Positions 41,622-51,763 of a stretch of DNA of 64,000 nucleotides are shown one piece after another. The stretch is from assembly GCA_043821725.1 (NCBI GenBank), contig JBDRCM010000006.1:38287-102286 (forward strand). Reading direction: 5' to 3'. The first letter of the stretch is position 1; every line of letters begins with the position of its first letter. The position numbers were made by a program, and so were the translations under genes. The DNA comes from a bacterium. Lineage in GTDB: Bacteria > Patescibacteriota > Patescibacteriia > Magasanikbacterales > GWA2-37-8. A model generated the notes under the pieces. The model saw only the letters and a list, made by a program, of their open reading frames with translations. It was not told the DNA's origin and ran no database searches.

Positions 41622-41652
41622 AAAAAAGCTCCGACAATATGCCGGAGCTTTT
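41622..41652. terminator. Bidirectional terminator between paralog 2 and fusA
   Basis: AAAAGCTCCG..CGGAGCTTTT. Confidence 0.85.
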
Positions 41653-41710
41653 AAAAATTTTAATAGCCATATTGCCAAATTCCATTTTGGCCGGAGGGCT
41701 TGATTTACGA

Positions 41711-43786
41711 TTACTTTAATTTTCCACTTATAATATCAACTGCCGCGCTTGCCGGAACTTCAGCATAATGGCCGAATTCCATTGTAGAGCTTGCGCGCCC
41801 TTGTGATAAGGATCGCAAAGTTGTGGTGTATCCGAACATAGTAGCCAGCGGAACAATGCATTTGACTGTCTTCATTTGTCCTCTATCTCCCATTTCTTGA
41901 ATTTGAGCTCTGCGTGAATTAAGATCGCCAATAACATCACCCATATATTCTTCAGGCATTACAGCTTCAACTTTCATAATTGGCTCCAATATGATTGGAT
42001 TGGCTTTTTTGCATGCCGCTTGAAACGCCATTGATCCGGCCATTTTAAATGCCGCCTCAGAACTGTCAACTTCATGATAAGAACCGTCAAAACAAGTTGC
42101 CTTAACATCAACAACCGGATAGCCGGCTTGTATTCCGCGATCAATTGCTTCCTTAATTCCTTTTTGAATTGCAGGCAGATATTCTTTTGGAACTATCCCG
42201 CCTTTAATGGCATCCACAAATTCAAATCCAACACCGCGATCCATTGGCTCAACTTTAAGCCAGCAATGACCATATTGTCCGCGACCACCGGACTGCTTTA
42301 TGTATTTGCCTTCGCCTTCTGCGCTCATCTTTATTGTTTCTTTGTAAGCGACCTGCGGCTTGCCGACATTTGCCTGCACTTTAAATTCGCGCTTTAAACG
42401 ATCAACAATAATATCAAGATGAAGCTCGCCCATTCCGGAAATTATCGTCTGCAAAGTTTCCTCGTCAGTATGAACTTTAAAAGTTGGATCTTCTTCCATA
42501 AGCTTTTGTAATGAAAGCCCAATTCTCTCTTGATCGGATTTTGTCTGGGGTTCAATGGCAACTGATATAACTGGCTCCGGAAATGTCATTTTTTCAAGCA
42601 CAATCAATTTATTTTCATCGCATAAAGTATCTCCTGTTCCGGTATTCTTTAAACCGATGGCAGCCGCAATGTCGCCGGCAAATACTTCAGTAACATCTTC
42701 ACGGCTATTGGAATGCATTCTCACGATTCTTCCAAGCCGTTCCTTTTTCTCGCTTATTGGATTGTAAACATAGGTGCCGGCTCCCACAGTTCCGGAATAT
42801 ACTCGGAAAAAGATGAGCTTTCCAACAAACGGATCGGTTGCCACCTTAAAAGCCAGCGCGCTGAATGGAGCGTCATCGCTTGCCGGCCTGCTTTCTTCCT
42901 CTTCTGTGTCAGGATTAATTCCTTTGACAGGCAAAAGGTCGGTTGGAGCGGGCAGATAAGCTACAACAGCGTCCAGCATCGGCTGTACTCCGATATTGCT
43001 GAGAGCAGATCCGCACAGCACAGGAAAAAGATTTCCTTTTACTGTCATGATTCTTAATGCATCTTTTATTTCCTCCACAGTTAATTCTTTTCCTTCAAGA
43101 TATTTATTCATGTATTCATCATTAGCTTCAGCCACTTTTTCAATCATTTCATCTCTATATTTTTTTACTTGCTCAATCATGTCTGTTGGAATTTCAATTT
43201 CAATGACATTTTCACCATGCTGGCCTTCAAATTTATATGCCTTTTGACCAATCAAATCAATCAACCCTTTAAAAGTGCCTTCAGCGCCAATCGGCAATTG
43301 AACGGCCAGAGCATTTTTTGAAAGACGCTCGCGGATGGAACTTAAACTCGCGTAAAAGTCAGCTCCCATTTTATCCATTTTGTTAATAAATGCAAAACGA
43401 GGCACATTGTATTTGTCGGCCTGATGCCACACTGTCTCAGATTGCGGTTCAACTCCTTGAGAACCGTCAAAAACAGCTACAGCGCCATCCAATACGCGCA
43501 AGGATCTTTCAACTTCCACTGTAAAATCCACATGTCCCGGCGTATCTATAATGTTTATGCGATGATCTTTCCAAAAACACGTAGTTGCCGCTGAAGTGAT
43601 TGTAATTCCTCGCTCGCGCTCCTGCTCCATCCAATCCATCTCGGCCTCGCCTTGATGAACTTCGCCCATTTTGTGTTTTTTACCTGTATAGAAAAGCACG
43701 CGCTCGGTAGTTGTTGTTTTGCCGGCGTCAATATGGGCCATGATCCCTATATTACGAGTGTTTTCCAATGAATATTCTCTTGGCAT
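41711..43786 (-). CDS. fusA: Elongation factor G
   Basis: [28 protein letters not shown]; ATG at 43786. Confidence 0.99.
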   Translation of the reverse strand: MPREYSLENTRNIGIMAHIDAGKTTTTERVLFYTGKKHKMGEVHQGEAEMDWMEQERERGITITSAATTCFWKDHRINIIDTPGHVDFTVEVERSLRVLDGAVAVFDGSQGVEPQSETVWHQADKYNVPRFAFINKMDKMGADFYASLSSIRERLSKNALAVQLPIGAEGTFKGLIDLIGQKAYKFEGQHGENVIEIEIPTDMIEQVKKYRDEMIEKVAEANDEYMNKYLEGKELTVEEIKDALRIMTVKGNLFPVLCGSALSNIGVQPMLDAVVAYLPAPTDLLPVKGINPDTEEEESRPASDDAPFSALAFKVATDPFVGKLIFFRVYSGTVGAGTYVYNPISEKKERLGRIVRMHSNSREDVTEVFAGDIAAAIGLKNTGTGDTLCDENKLIVLEKMTFPEPVISVAIEPQTKSDQERIGLSLQKLMEEDPTFKVHTDEETLQTIISGMGELHLDIIVDRLKREFKVQANVGKPQVAYKETIKMSAEGEGKYIKQSGGRGQYGHCWLKVEPMDRGVGFEFVDAIKGGIVPKEYLPAIQKGIKEAIDRGIQAGYPVVDVKATCFDGSYHEVDSSEAAFKMAGSMAFQAACKKANPIILEPIMKVEAVMPEEYMGDVIGDLNSRRAQIQEMGDRGQMKTVKCIVPLATMFGYTTTLRSLSQGRASSTMEFGHYAEVPASAAVDIISGKLK

Positions 43787-43802
43787 ATTAATGCTTTTAT
43801 TG

Positions 43803-44312
43803 TTATTTTTTCTTTTTTCTAAATCTGGCAAAATGGGCAAATGCCTTATTGGCTTCAGCCATGCGATGTATATCATCCCTCTTTTTAATTGCATCGCCCA
43901 AATTCTGCACGCTTTCCTGCAGTATGTCAGCCAGCTTATCGCTCATTGTCCTGCCTTTTTTGGCTTTTGCCGCCCCAATTATCCAGCGGAAAGCCAAAGC
44001 TTGCTGTCGTTTTGAACTAACCGGAATAGGCACCTGATAGTTGGCGCCACCCACCCTTCTTGACCTTACTTCAACCTGTGGAGAGACATTTTTAACTGCT
44101 TCCTCAAAAATCTTAAGCGGATCTTTTTTTGTTTCACCCTCTCCTTTTGCCTCAGCCCCTATTTTTTCCAAGGCCTTATAGACAACCGACTGAGCGATTG
44201 TCTTCTTGCCGTCCTTCATTACATAATTAATGAATTTAGCCAGTTGCTCACTGCTGTACTTTGCCTCAGCCGGCAATTTTCTGGTTAAATCCTTGTTTTT
44301 TTTACCTCTCAT
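43803..44312 (-). CDS. rpsG: 30S ribosomal protein S7
   Basis: [23 protein letters not shown]. Confidence 0.98.
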   Translation of the reverse strand: MRGKKNKDLTRKLPAEAKYSSEQLAKFINYVMKDGKKTIAQSVVYKALEKIGAEAKGEGETKKDPLKIFEEAVKNVSPQVEVRSRRVGGANYQVPIPVSSKRQQALAFRWIIGAAKAKKGRTMSDKLADILQESVQNLGDAIKKRDDIHRMAEANKAFAHFARFRKKKK

Positions 44313-44328
44313 AGTATCAAGATGTTAA

Positions 44329-44757
44329 TTATTGCTTGGCTTCTTTGGGCTTTTTAGCGCCGTACAAGCTTCGACCACGTCTTCGCCCTTCCACCCCTTG
44401 GGCATCATAAACTCCGCGCACAACATGATAGCGCACACCCGGAAGATCACGTACTTTTCCACCGCGAAGCATTACTATTGAATGTTCCTGCAAATTGTGT
44501 CCCTCACCCGGAATATATGCGATCACTTCCATTCCATTGGATAATCTTACTTTTGCCACCTTGCGCAAAGCGGAATTCGGCTTTTTTGGAGTTGTTGTAT
44601 AAACCTTAGTACAAACTCCGCGCTTGAAAGTAGCGCCTTTGCGCAATATTGTTTTCTTGCGATGAAGAGTATCCAGAGTAAACTGCAGTGCCGGCACCTT
44701 GCTCTTTTTTACTTTTGATTGCCTTGGCTTGCGCACGAGCTGATTTATTGTAGGCAT
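44329..44757 (-). CDS. rpsL: 30S ribosomal protein S12
   Basis: [26 protein letters not shown]. Confidence 0.99.
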   Translation of the reverse strand: MPTINQLVRKPRQSKVKKSKVPALQFTLDTLHRKKTILRKGATFKRGVCTKVYTTTPKKPNSALRKVAKVRLSNGMEVIAYIPGEGHNLQEHSIVMLRGGKVRDLPGVRYHVVRGVYDAQGVEGRRRGRSLYGAKKPKEAKQ

Positions 44758-44926
44758 AATGTCCTATAAATTATTTAATATGCTTTGTAATTACAGACGC
44801 GAATTTTTTAAGCGCCTGATTTTGTAATAAAAAACTGACCTTTTACAATCAGCCACGATTTTTTAAGGTTTTACCCGTTCCCAGCCATATTATTATGAGC
44901 AAGGGCGGATTTAATATTCTGACAAA

Positions 44927-44955
44927 ATTATACGATAATTTAGCAAGTGTGTCAA
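44927..44955 (-). promoter_or_regulatory. sigma70 promoter of rpsL
   Basis: TTGACA-17-TATAAT. Confidence 0.85.
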
Positions 44956-45113
44956 TGGTACCTGTGGATTTCTTTGCAGGCTTGGCATGATCAGGACAAA
45001 AAACACAAAATTATTTCAAAGAATTCCACCGCCCTTGCCACATATCTTTCATGGTATCTGCTATAATAATATCCTCAATAATAGTGACAGAATATGGCTT
45101 TTTTAATCTTAAC

Positions 45114-45142
45114 TTGACAAACCATAGATTTTATGATATAAT
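45114..45142 (+). promoter_or_regulatory. sigma70 promoter of the AbiE pair
   Basis: TTGACA-17-TATAAT with extended TG. Confidence 0.75.
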
Positions 45143-45182
45143 AATGTTAACAAATATGATAACTTTCTCCAATCATTAAAAT

Positions 45183-45866
45183 ATGGACAATATAGAATTA
45201 GACAAGTTGGTTTCTGAATTGCAAATATCAAAAGATCAAATATTGCGTGAGGAAGCAGAAATGTTATTTTTAGATCAGCTTGGAAAAAATAGAATATCTT
45301 CAAAACTGGTTTTTTATGGTGGAACTGCTTTGCGGTTAGCATATAATTCCCCCCGTTTCTCTGAAGACATAGATTTACTAATGATTGGCAATGTATCACT
45401 ATCAGAGCTTAAAATTTTTTTGAACACAATTCTTAAAAAGAACGATAATTGGAAGTTGATTGATATAAAGAACAAGCGCCAGATATTATTTGCCTTGATA
45501 AATATCAAAGATGAAAAATTAAAACATAATTTTTCAATTAAGATAGAGATTCATAAACCCAAGAAAAAAATAGATGTTGAATATAATTTGGCCTCAATCC
45601 AGAGCCCAACAAGTATAGCTCAACCCCTGTTATTAGTACCGAGCATAGAAGCAATGAAAGAATTAAAAATAGCAACAATTAAAGACAAAAAAAAAGCGCG
45701 AGATATATTTGATTTATGGTTCATCTTCCAAAAAATGCGAGAACCCTTTGTTATAGGGCAAAAAGTTAAATACAAAGAAAATGAGTTTAAAAATGAATTA
45801 CAAGTTTTTTTACCCAAAAAATATTATCCGCTAGTAAAACAATTGTATGAACAAGTTAGTGAGTAG
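45183..45866 (+). CDS. AbiEii/AbiGii-family nucleotidyltransferase toxin
   Basis: FYGGTALRL, RFSEDIDL, K..ARDIFDL. Confidence 0.9.
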   Translation: MDNIELDKLVSELQISKDQILREEAEMLFLDQLGKNRISSKLVFYGGTALRLAYNSPRFSEDIDLLMIGNVSLSELKIFLNTILKKNDNWKLIDIKNKRQILFALINIKDEKLKHNFSIKIEIHKPKKKIDVEYNLASIQSPTSIAQPLLLVPSIEAMKELKIATIKDKKKARDIFDLWFIFQKMREPFVIGQKVKYKENEFKNELQVFLPKKYYPLVKQLYEQVSE

Positions 45867-46422
45867 AATAAAAAGGATACCGAGAATAACCTTTAATTAT
45901 AATGACTTAAAAAAAATTACCGATCTTGAGGACGGTAGTTTGCGAGTCGCTGTTTTTCGGTTGATAAAAAGCGGAGCAATAACAAGAATAAGCAAAGGTA
46001 TTTATACTACTGATATTTCTAAAGTTGATTGGGAAATCTTTGCTGTCCAGAATTATGAACCCAGCTACCTTTCTTTTGAATGGGTGTTGGGCAAATATGG
46101 TGTGTTGAGTCAAAAGCCATATAATTTAACTTTGGCGACTAGTAGACAAACTAAGATAATTAATACAGTTCATAATATTATTTCCTATCATCATCTACAA
46201 ACAAAAATGTATTGGGGTTATGTAAAAAAGAATGGGTATCTGGAAGCAGACTTGGAAAAGGCGTGGCTAGATTTGGCATATTTATCTTTAAATGGCTATA
46301 CAAAGTTTGATTGCCAAGAAATGAATTTATCTTTGCTGAATAAAAATAAAATAAAAAAATATTTAAAAAAAATAGGGATAAAAAAATTATCCAATTTGGT
46401 TTTAAGCACAGGAATGATTTAG
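45847..46422 (+). CDS. AbiEi-like antitoxin / winged-helix regulator
   Basis: L.K.G.I.RI.KGIY, PSYLSFE..L, A..EKA.LD..Y. Confidence 0.85.
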   Translation: MNKLVSRIKRIPRITFNYNDLKKITDLEDGSLRVAVFRLIKSGAITRISKGIYTTDISKVDWEIFAVQNYEPSYLSFEWVLGKYGVLSQKPYNLTLATSRQTKIINTVHNIISYHHLQTKMYWGYVKKNGYLEADLEKAWLDLAYLSLNGYTKFDCQEMNLSLLNKNKIKKYLKKIGIKKLSNLVLSTGMI

Positions 46423-46500
46423 GTTCAACAGATATCCGCACGCTTGACATAAAGCCATTATAGTGTAAATGTAGTATAAAATGAGACAATGGAGAAGATC

Positions 46501-46938
46501 ATGAAAAGATACAGAGTGATTTCGCTTTTGATGCTGTTCACACTTTCACCCGCCTGCGCGCGCAAGCAGGTGCTCAGATCCGAATTGGTTCGCGTAGAAA
46601 TCCGTGCAAAAGGCGCAAGCAATTCTAGTAGAGAAAGCCTACTTAAGGCCATTACCTTCAGTGGCTTGATGATCAGCGTCCACAAGACCGAAAGCTTGCA
46701 GGGCGTGAGCAAGCTCAGCAAGAAGGCCACTTCGCGGATGCTGTTCAACCAGTGGTCCGAGTGCATTATCGGATCTGACAATGATCAGCTTATCCTAATG
46801 CTCAGGCGATATAAGTATGAATTCGGAATTGAATTGTGGTATCTCAACAAAGCAGTGTATCCCACAAAAAAAATGGCACGTCAAACATTGAGACACTTCA
46901 TCAAAGCAGATGCCTCTGAACTTCTGTGCTTCAAGTAG
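46501..46938 (+). CDS. ORFan, probable lipoprotein, with SD
   Basis: GGAG 6 nt before ATG 46501; MKRYRVISLLMLFTLSPA-C; TTGACA at 46444; hairpin and U-tract downstream. Confidence 0.65.
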   Translation: MKRYRVISLLMLFTLSPACARKQVLRSELVRVEIRAKGASNSSRESLLKAITFSGLMISVHKTESLQGVSKLSKKATSRMLFNQWSECIIGSDNDQLILMLRRYKYEFGIELWYLNKAVYPTKKMARQTLRHFIKADASELLCFK

Positions 46939-47109
46939 CACCTCCCCCCGGAGTCGAACACATCGACTGCCCCGTAGCAACCCCGGTCTTTCCGACTGCC
47001 GACAAGGGTTGCTTCATTTTTTATAATCCGCGTTTGCGCTTTGCGCGATAATGCCGTATCATAATATACAACATTTGATATTGAATCTGATGACATAAAT
47101 ATCTAATAC

Positions 47110-47344
47110 GGGTCTGTCGCCAAATGTGCTTTCGTAGCGAAATTGATAAATTATGAGACAAAATTGTTGATAATTCCATAGTTATCTTCGCTCGCTCGGA
47201 AAAGAAAAATTATCATTTTTCTTCTCTCTCGCTTCGCTTGATAAAAAATTTTGAGGCCTATCTGTAAGATAAGCCAAGAAATTTTGAAACGATTTTGGCC
47301 ATAATTTATTAATTGCAGTAGAAATGGTATTTGGTGGCAGACCC
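47110..47344 (+). mobile_element. Family A MITE copy 5 (235 bp)
   Basis: Reverse complement of copy 2; TSD AATAC. Confidence 0.92.
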
Positions 47345-47399
47345 AATACGCACATCATCAGCCATAAGTCCACATTAAATTAATTGCTAACCCACTAAT

Positions 47400-48515
47400 A
47401 TGCAACTACTGCTAACTTTTATTTTCTGCGCTCTATCGCTCGCCGTACTTGCGGCATTGTATCTTTTTTATAAAAAAATATCAGCTTCCCAAAAGTCGCC
47501 TGACTCAGACCAGCACTTGTTCGTAATGCTACAAAATCAAATTCAGGAAACAAACAGATTGATTGACCAAAAAATGAATGAAACAAACAAAACAATGAAT
47601 GATACGCGCCACAACCTCAACCAAACAATACAGGATCAGTTCGGGCAAAGCGCCAAGTTTATCAGAGGAATAACCGAGCAGAGCAACAAAATGATTGTTG
47701 ACATAACTGAAAAATTAACCAGCTTGGATAAAACCAATCAACAGGTCATTGGATTTTCCGAACAATTGAACAACTTGGAAAAAGTTTTAACAAGCCAAAA
47801 AACGCGTGGTAATCTTGGCGAAGCCGGACTTCAGCTTGTTTTGGAAAACATACTTCCGCCGGGCGCTTATAAATCCCAATACCAATTTGAAGACGGCGAC
47901 ATTGTGGACGCGGTCATAATAACAAAGGAAGGCATGATTCCGATTGATGCAAAATTCTCACTTACTAACTACCAGCGCTTGTTCGACGAAAAAGACGAGC
48001 GCAGGCGCGTTGAATTGGAAAAAGAATTTAAAAATGATTTAAAAAAGCGCATTGATGAAACATCCAAGTATATAAAACCAAAATACGGAACAATGGAATT
48101 TGCTTTTATGTTCATTCCGGCTGAAGCAATTTATTATGACTTGCTTGTAAATCAAGTTGGCGCCATAAAAAGCAACACACGCAATATGATTGATTATGCT
48201 TTTACTGAAAAAAAAGTCATCATTGTTTCGCCAACCACATTTTCCGCTTATTTGCAGACAGTGCTTCAGGGACTAAGGGCTTTCAAAATTGAAGAAAGCG
48301 CCAAAGAAATCCGCGAAAATGTGCAAAAACTGGGTAAGCACATTATTACCTATGAAGATTTCATGAAAAAGCTGGGCTCCAGCATAGGAACATCGGTCAA
48401 TCATTATAATCATGCTTACAAAGAGCTTGCTAAAATAGACAAAGATGTGGTGCGCATTACTCAAGGAGAGCGCGCCATTGAACCGGAGCTGATTGAAAAA
48501 CCTGCGGTTGAATAA
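47400..48515 (+). CDS. rmuC: DNA recombination protein RmuC
   Basis: N-terminal TM, coiled coil, RGNLGE..L, IDAKF, KYI, MFIPAE, VSPTT. Confidence 0.93.
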   Translation: MQLLLTFIFCALSLAVLAALYLFYKKISASQKSPDSDQHLFVMLQNQIQETNRLIDQKMNETNKTMNDTRHNLNQTIQDQFGQSAKFIRGITEQSNKMIVDITEKLTSLDKTNQQVIGFSEQLNNLEKVLTSQKTRGNLGEAGLQLVLENILPPGAYKSQYQFEDGDIVDAVIITKEGMIPIDAKFSLTNYQRLFDEKDERRRVELEKEFKNDLKKRIDETSKYIKPKYGTMEFAFMFIPAEAIYYDLLVNQVGAIKSNTRNMIDYAFTEKKVIIVSPTTFSAYLQTVLQGLRAFKIEESAKEIRENVQKLGKHIITYEDFMKKLGSSIGTSVNHYNHAYKELAKIDKDVVRITQGERAIEPELIEKPAVE

Positions 48516-48748
48516 AAACACTCAGCTATTTTTTTTACATGTCGTTCTGGGGGGCACACCTGTGGTTCCCGAACGAATTAAAGGATCCCTCCGGGAAGTG
48601 AATTTAAATTTGTTATTTCGCCAGTAATTTAATGTTAAGTTGTATAACTAACAATGAGTTCTAACAAAAAAATACTAATAAATAATAAAAGACCCCCTTT
48701 TGTAAGGAGATCTTTTGCTCGGGTAAATTTGCTATAATAATGACTTTT

Positions 48749-49237
48749 TTAGACGCTTGAGCGTAAATCCTCAACCCTTTTATCACCGCCTCTATCTTCA
48801 TCATTTTTTTGTTGAATCATGCTCCACGCCGACCTGACAATCTGTTCGCGCCCTTTAACATCGACTGCAGAACCGCGAATATCACCACCTAACTCATCCG
48901 GTGACACATTAATCAAATCCTCATACTCACCTTTTTTCGGCAATGAATTATCTATTTTTGAATCCACATTATAGAATATTTTATAACCAGCAGGACCTTG
49001 CGGCTCGGCTAAAATAATTACGAGATGCTGTTTGCCTGTAAAATCAATTATTTTGAAACCTCCGCGTGAATTTTTTATTGTTACGCCCAGATCTTTTTTT
49101 AGCTGATCGTACATTTTTCGTACTGTTTCAGGATCATCATCAAAATCCAAAACTCCTCCATCCTCTAATTTATCTTCAGGTCCTAAACCCAATACATTCT
49201 TGGCTTTTTCTGCAAAGTCAGAATTTAATTCTGGCAT
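48749..49237 (-). CDS. Hypothetical protein
   Basis: 162-aa ORF with downstream hairpin at 48688-48716. Confidence 0.65.
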   Translation of the reverse strand: MPELNSDFAEKAKNVLGLGPEDKLEDGGVLDFDDDPETVRKMYDQLKKDLGVTIKNSRGGFKIIDFTGKQHLVIILAEPQGPAGYKIFYNVDSKIDNSLPKKGEYEDLINVSPDELGGDIRGSAVDVKGREQIVRSAWSMIQQKNDEDRGGDKRVEDLRSSV

Positions 49238-49366
49238 AGTATTATATTAAGAATAATAATATTTTAAATTATACCAAAATCCACTTAATTGGTCAATACG
49301 ATTCAATTAAAAAATCATGTAAAAATACTTGAAAATTAATTGTTATTATGATATAAAGCTCATAGC

Positions 49367-49438
49367 GACCCTGTAGTTAAATGGATATAACGAGAACCTC
49401 CTAAGTTCTAGTTCCAGGTTCGATTCCTGGTGGGGTCA
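49367..49438 (+). tRNA. tRNA-Arg(CCT)
   Basis: Anticodon arm AGAAC-CT CCT AA-GTTCT; GGTTCGATTCC. Confidence 0.95.
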
Positions 49439-49486
49439 CTAAAACAAGCTTCGTAAATCTAAACCTGTTAATCCGCAAAAACTATC

Positions 49487-49729
49487 TCATCTCTTAATTG
49501 TCTTCTTTGTTCGCACTTGCTTTAATAATTTCTTCAAATAAACAGGATCAGATATTAGCTCTAAATCATGAATTAAAACATCAAACTGATCCTTTGACAA
49601 AAAAAATCCAAGCGTATCTTTGCCTCTCAAAATTCGCGTAATCCCACGCAAATGGCGTGAAGGGCTTTTTTGCAATTCTTTAATATTCACCACATACTCA
49701 TTTTGAATTGATTTTAATGTTTTAAGCAT
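49487..49729 (-). CDS. Orphan Phd/YefM-like antitoxin
   Basis: VNIKELQKSPS...ILR...GFFLS..QFD..I.DLE...DP; upstream palindrome TATATAC-AATA-GTATATA (49738-49755). Confidence 0.6.
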   Translation of the reverse strand: MLKTLKSIQNEYVVNIKELQKSPSRHLRGITRILRGKDTLGFFLSKDQFDVLIHDLELISDPVYLKKLLKQVRTKKTIKR

Positions 49730-49916
49730 ATTTGTTATATATACAATAGTATATACCTCTTCAAAATTATAGTCAAGCTTATGCTAAGCTATCATATATC
49801 TTAATTCAATCAATTACTCACTTTAACCGACTTTACATGTCCCAATAGTTAATGATATTGTTACTATCTATTAAAATCGCGCTATAAATTAGTGCATAAT
49901 TCGTCTTGGAGGTTAG

Positions 49917-50135
49917 ATGTCAACGACAACTAACAGCGTAAAAATCGAAAATCTGAGGATATGTATCAATATAGTTCCGGTCACGAGTTTGATCGAACTG
50001 TATAAAGATGGTAAAATCTCAGAACTGAAACTGGAGTTTGAAAGAGACTCAGCCGGCAACATCATTTATACAGATAGCTTTATGGCAGACTACTGCGACA
50101 TTCTCGCCGGTTTCGGCATACAGGGGCTGATTTAA
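49917..50135 (+). CDS. Small ORFan with SD
   Basis: GGAGG 4 nt before ATG; structured trailer ending in U-tract near 50242. Confidence 0.6.
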   Translation: MSTTTNSVKIENLRICINIVPVTSLIELYKDGKISELKLEFERDSAGNIIYTDSFMADYCDILAGFGIQGLI

Positions 50136-50269
50136 ATCTGATTTTTGCATTGCTCAAAGTCCAGGCCCTCCATGCTCGTGCGTTGTTAACGGCTCAAACA
50201 CGGATGGGCAACATTATCCACTCTATTGAGGAGTGTTTTTTTATCACAATTATAGCTAATGGGGATGCG

Positions 50270-50420
50270 AATGAACCCCTCCCTGTGCCAAGAGCACAGG
50301 GTATCAGGTCAAAAGGCATAATGTCTGCGACTCTACGCCGTGGCAAGACCACGGGGTACTTTACCTGCGCTCGCTCGGAAATGAAAACAAGTTTTCATTT
50401 CTCTCACTTCGCTTGGTAAT
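50270..50420 (+). repeat. Family B repeat
   Basis: Starts AATGAACCCCTCCCTGTGCCAAGAGCACAGGG; ends in CGCTCGCTCGG-hairpin-CTTCGCTTGG module. Confidence 0.8.
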
Positions 50421-50615
50421 AAAAAGATAATCTTGCCTAAATTTATTTTTATGATATACTTATGCTAATTTAACTTGTCCCATTGGTATCCTTTTGGGAC
50501 TTGTTCAGTAATAGAAAACTATACCTTTGACTATTCTCTACGTGCCCATCATGAGGGGCAAGCCACTGCTATGCCTTAATAACTCTGCTTCAATTTTAAA
50601 AACCCAATCAAATTT

Positions 50616-51083
50616 ATGAAGACAATCCTATTCATCGGCAGATTTCAACCTTTTCACATAGGTCATTTGTCAGTATTAAAAAAGATTGACAAGCGAAATG
50701 ATGTAAAAAAAATTATAATAGGAATTGGAAGCGCTCAATATAGCAATACGCAAAAAAATCCATACAGTTTTGAACAAAGAAAAAAGATGATTGTAAACGT
50801 TTGTAAATCCAAAATAAAAAAGTCGATTACGGTTATTCCTTTAGATGATTTTAACAATAACGCGAAATGGGTTAAAAACGTTGAAAAAATGGCTAAAATC
50901 TTCAATGAGGCCTACTCAGGAAATGATTTAGTGACAAAACTACTGTCCGAACGGGGATATTTGATCAATAAAATAGACAAATCAATTGACATTAGCGCGA
51001 CAAAAATCAGAGAAATGATTAAAAAAGGAGATATTCAATGGAAAAAATACATTCCCTATTCTGATGCTGAAATCTATAATTAA
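50616..51083 (+). CDS. Nicotinamide-nucleotide adenylyltransferase (NadM-like cytidylyltransferase)
   Basis: GRFQPFHIGH, IGIGSAQ..NP.S...R, ISATKIRE. Confidence 0.88.
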   Translation: MKTILFIGRFQPFHIGHLSVLKKIDKRNDVKKIIIGIGSAQYSNTQKNPYSFEQRKKMIVNVCKSKIKKSITVIPLDDFNNNAKWVKNVEKMAKIFNEAYSGNDLVTKLLSERGYLINKIDKSIDISATKIREMIKKGDIQWKKYIPYSDAEIYN

Positions 51084-51100
51084 TGCCTGCCATGGCCTAT

Positions 51101-51171
51101 GGGCCTATGGTCTAATGGTACGACGCCACACTCGCATTGTGGAAATAGGAGTTCGATTCTCCTTAGGTCCA
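51101..51171 (+). tRNA. tRNA-Ala(CGC)
   Basis: Anticodon arm CCACA-CT CGC AT-TGTGG; G3:U70. Confidence 0.93.
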
Positions 51172-51259
51172 CGGGCGATGGCAGGCAAAAATGAATTTAC
51201 TCGCAATCAACCTCCGAAAATTTAAAAATCTTTAAAATAATCGTAAAATCCTTAAAAAA

Positions 51260-51680
51260 ACAGGCCAAGTTCCGATAAAACGCAGATTCCCCCGAAAAGA
51301 GAACTCTTTCTTTGCTAAAAACAGATAGTTCCGATAAAAGGAAATAATGCGTTTGTATACACTATCCTGTACAAAAAATACTTATTTAAGTATTTTTTTG
51401 ATTTTTTGGTATATTTTGTTAATTTTCTGTGGATAAAGTTGTGCATAAAGTGTTGAATCTGGGGATAATTTGTATAGGATAGCGTATACAAATTAAGATT
51501 TTTTGAAATTTTGCGTTTTTTTGGTCTTTTTTTTGTATAGGATACTCTATACATTTAGAACCATATTTTTTATCAATATTTTTCAAAATCGTCGTTCCCT
51601 GTGAAACCGGTATATATTTTATGTAAAAATTGATTATCAACAAAAAAACCGCCAAATGTAAATCATGGCGATTTTTTTAT
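51260..51680. other. Candidate replication origin / DnaA-box cluster
   Basis: TGTGGATAA 51428, TGTGCATAA 51440, TGGGGATAA 51460; three 20-bp palindromic boxes; AT-rich; gene orientation flips from mostly minus to mostly plus in this part of the window. Confidence 0.45.
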
Positions 51681-51763
51681 TCTCACTGCGCACCATATTT
51701 TGATGCGAAGAATTGAATCCCAACTTGTCCGGACGGACTTAACCTGCTGTTGGGGGAGCAGTA

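Noticed and set aside
48538-48600. GC-rich stretch after rmuC as an ncRNA
   Set aside because: Looks like a degenerate REP-type remnant (GTCGTTCTG..GGATCCCT); too little support for a separate call
51600-51630. dif site (..TATATT TTATGTAAAAA)
   Set aside because: Only the XerD-like arm resembles the consensus, and divergent gene orientation fits an origin better than a terminus
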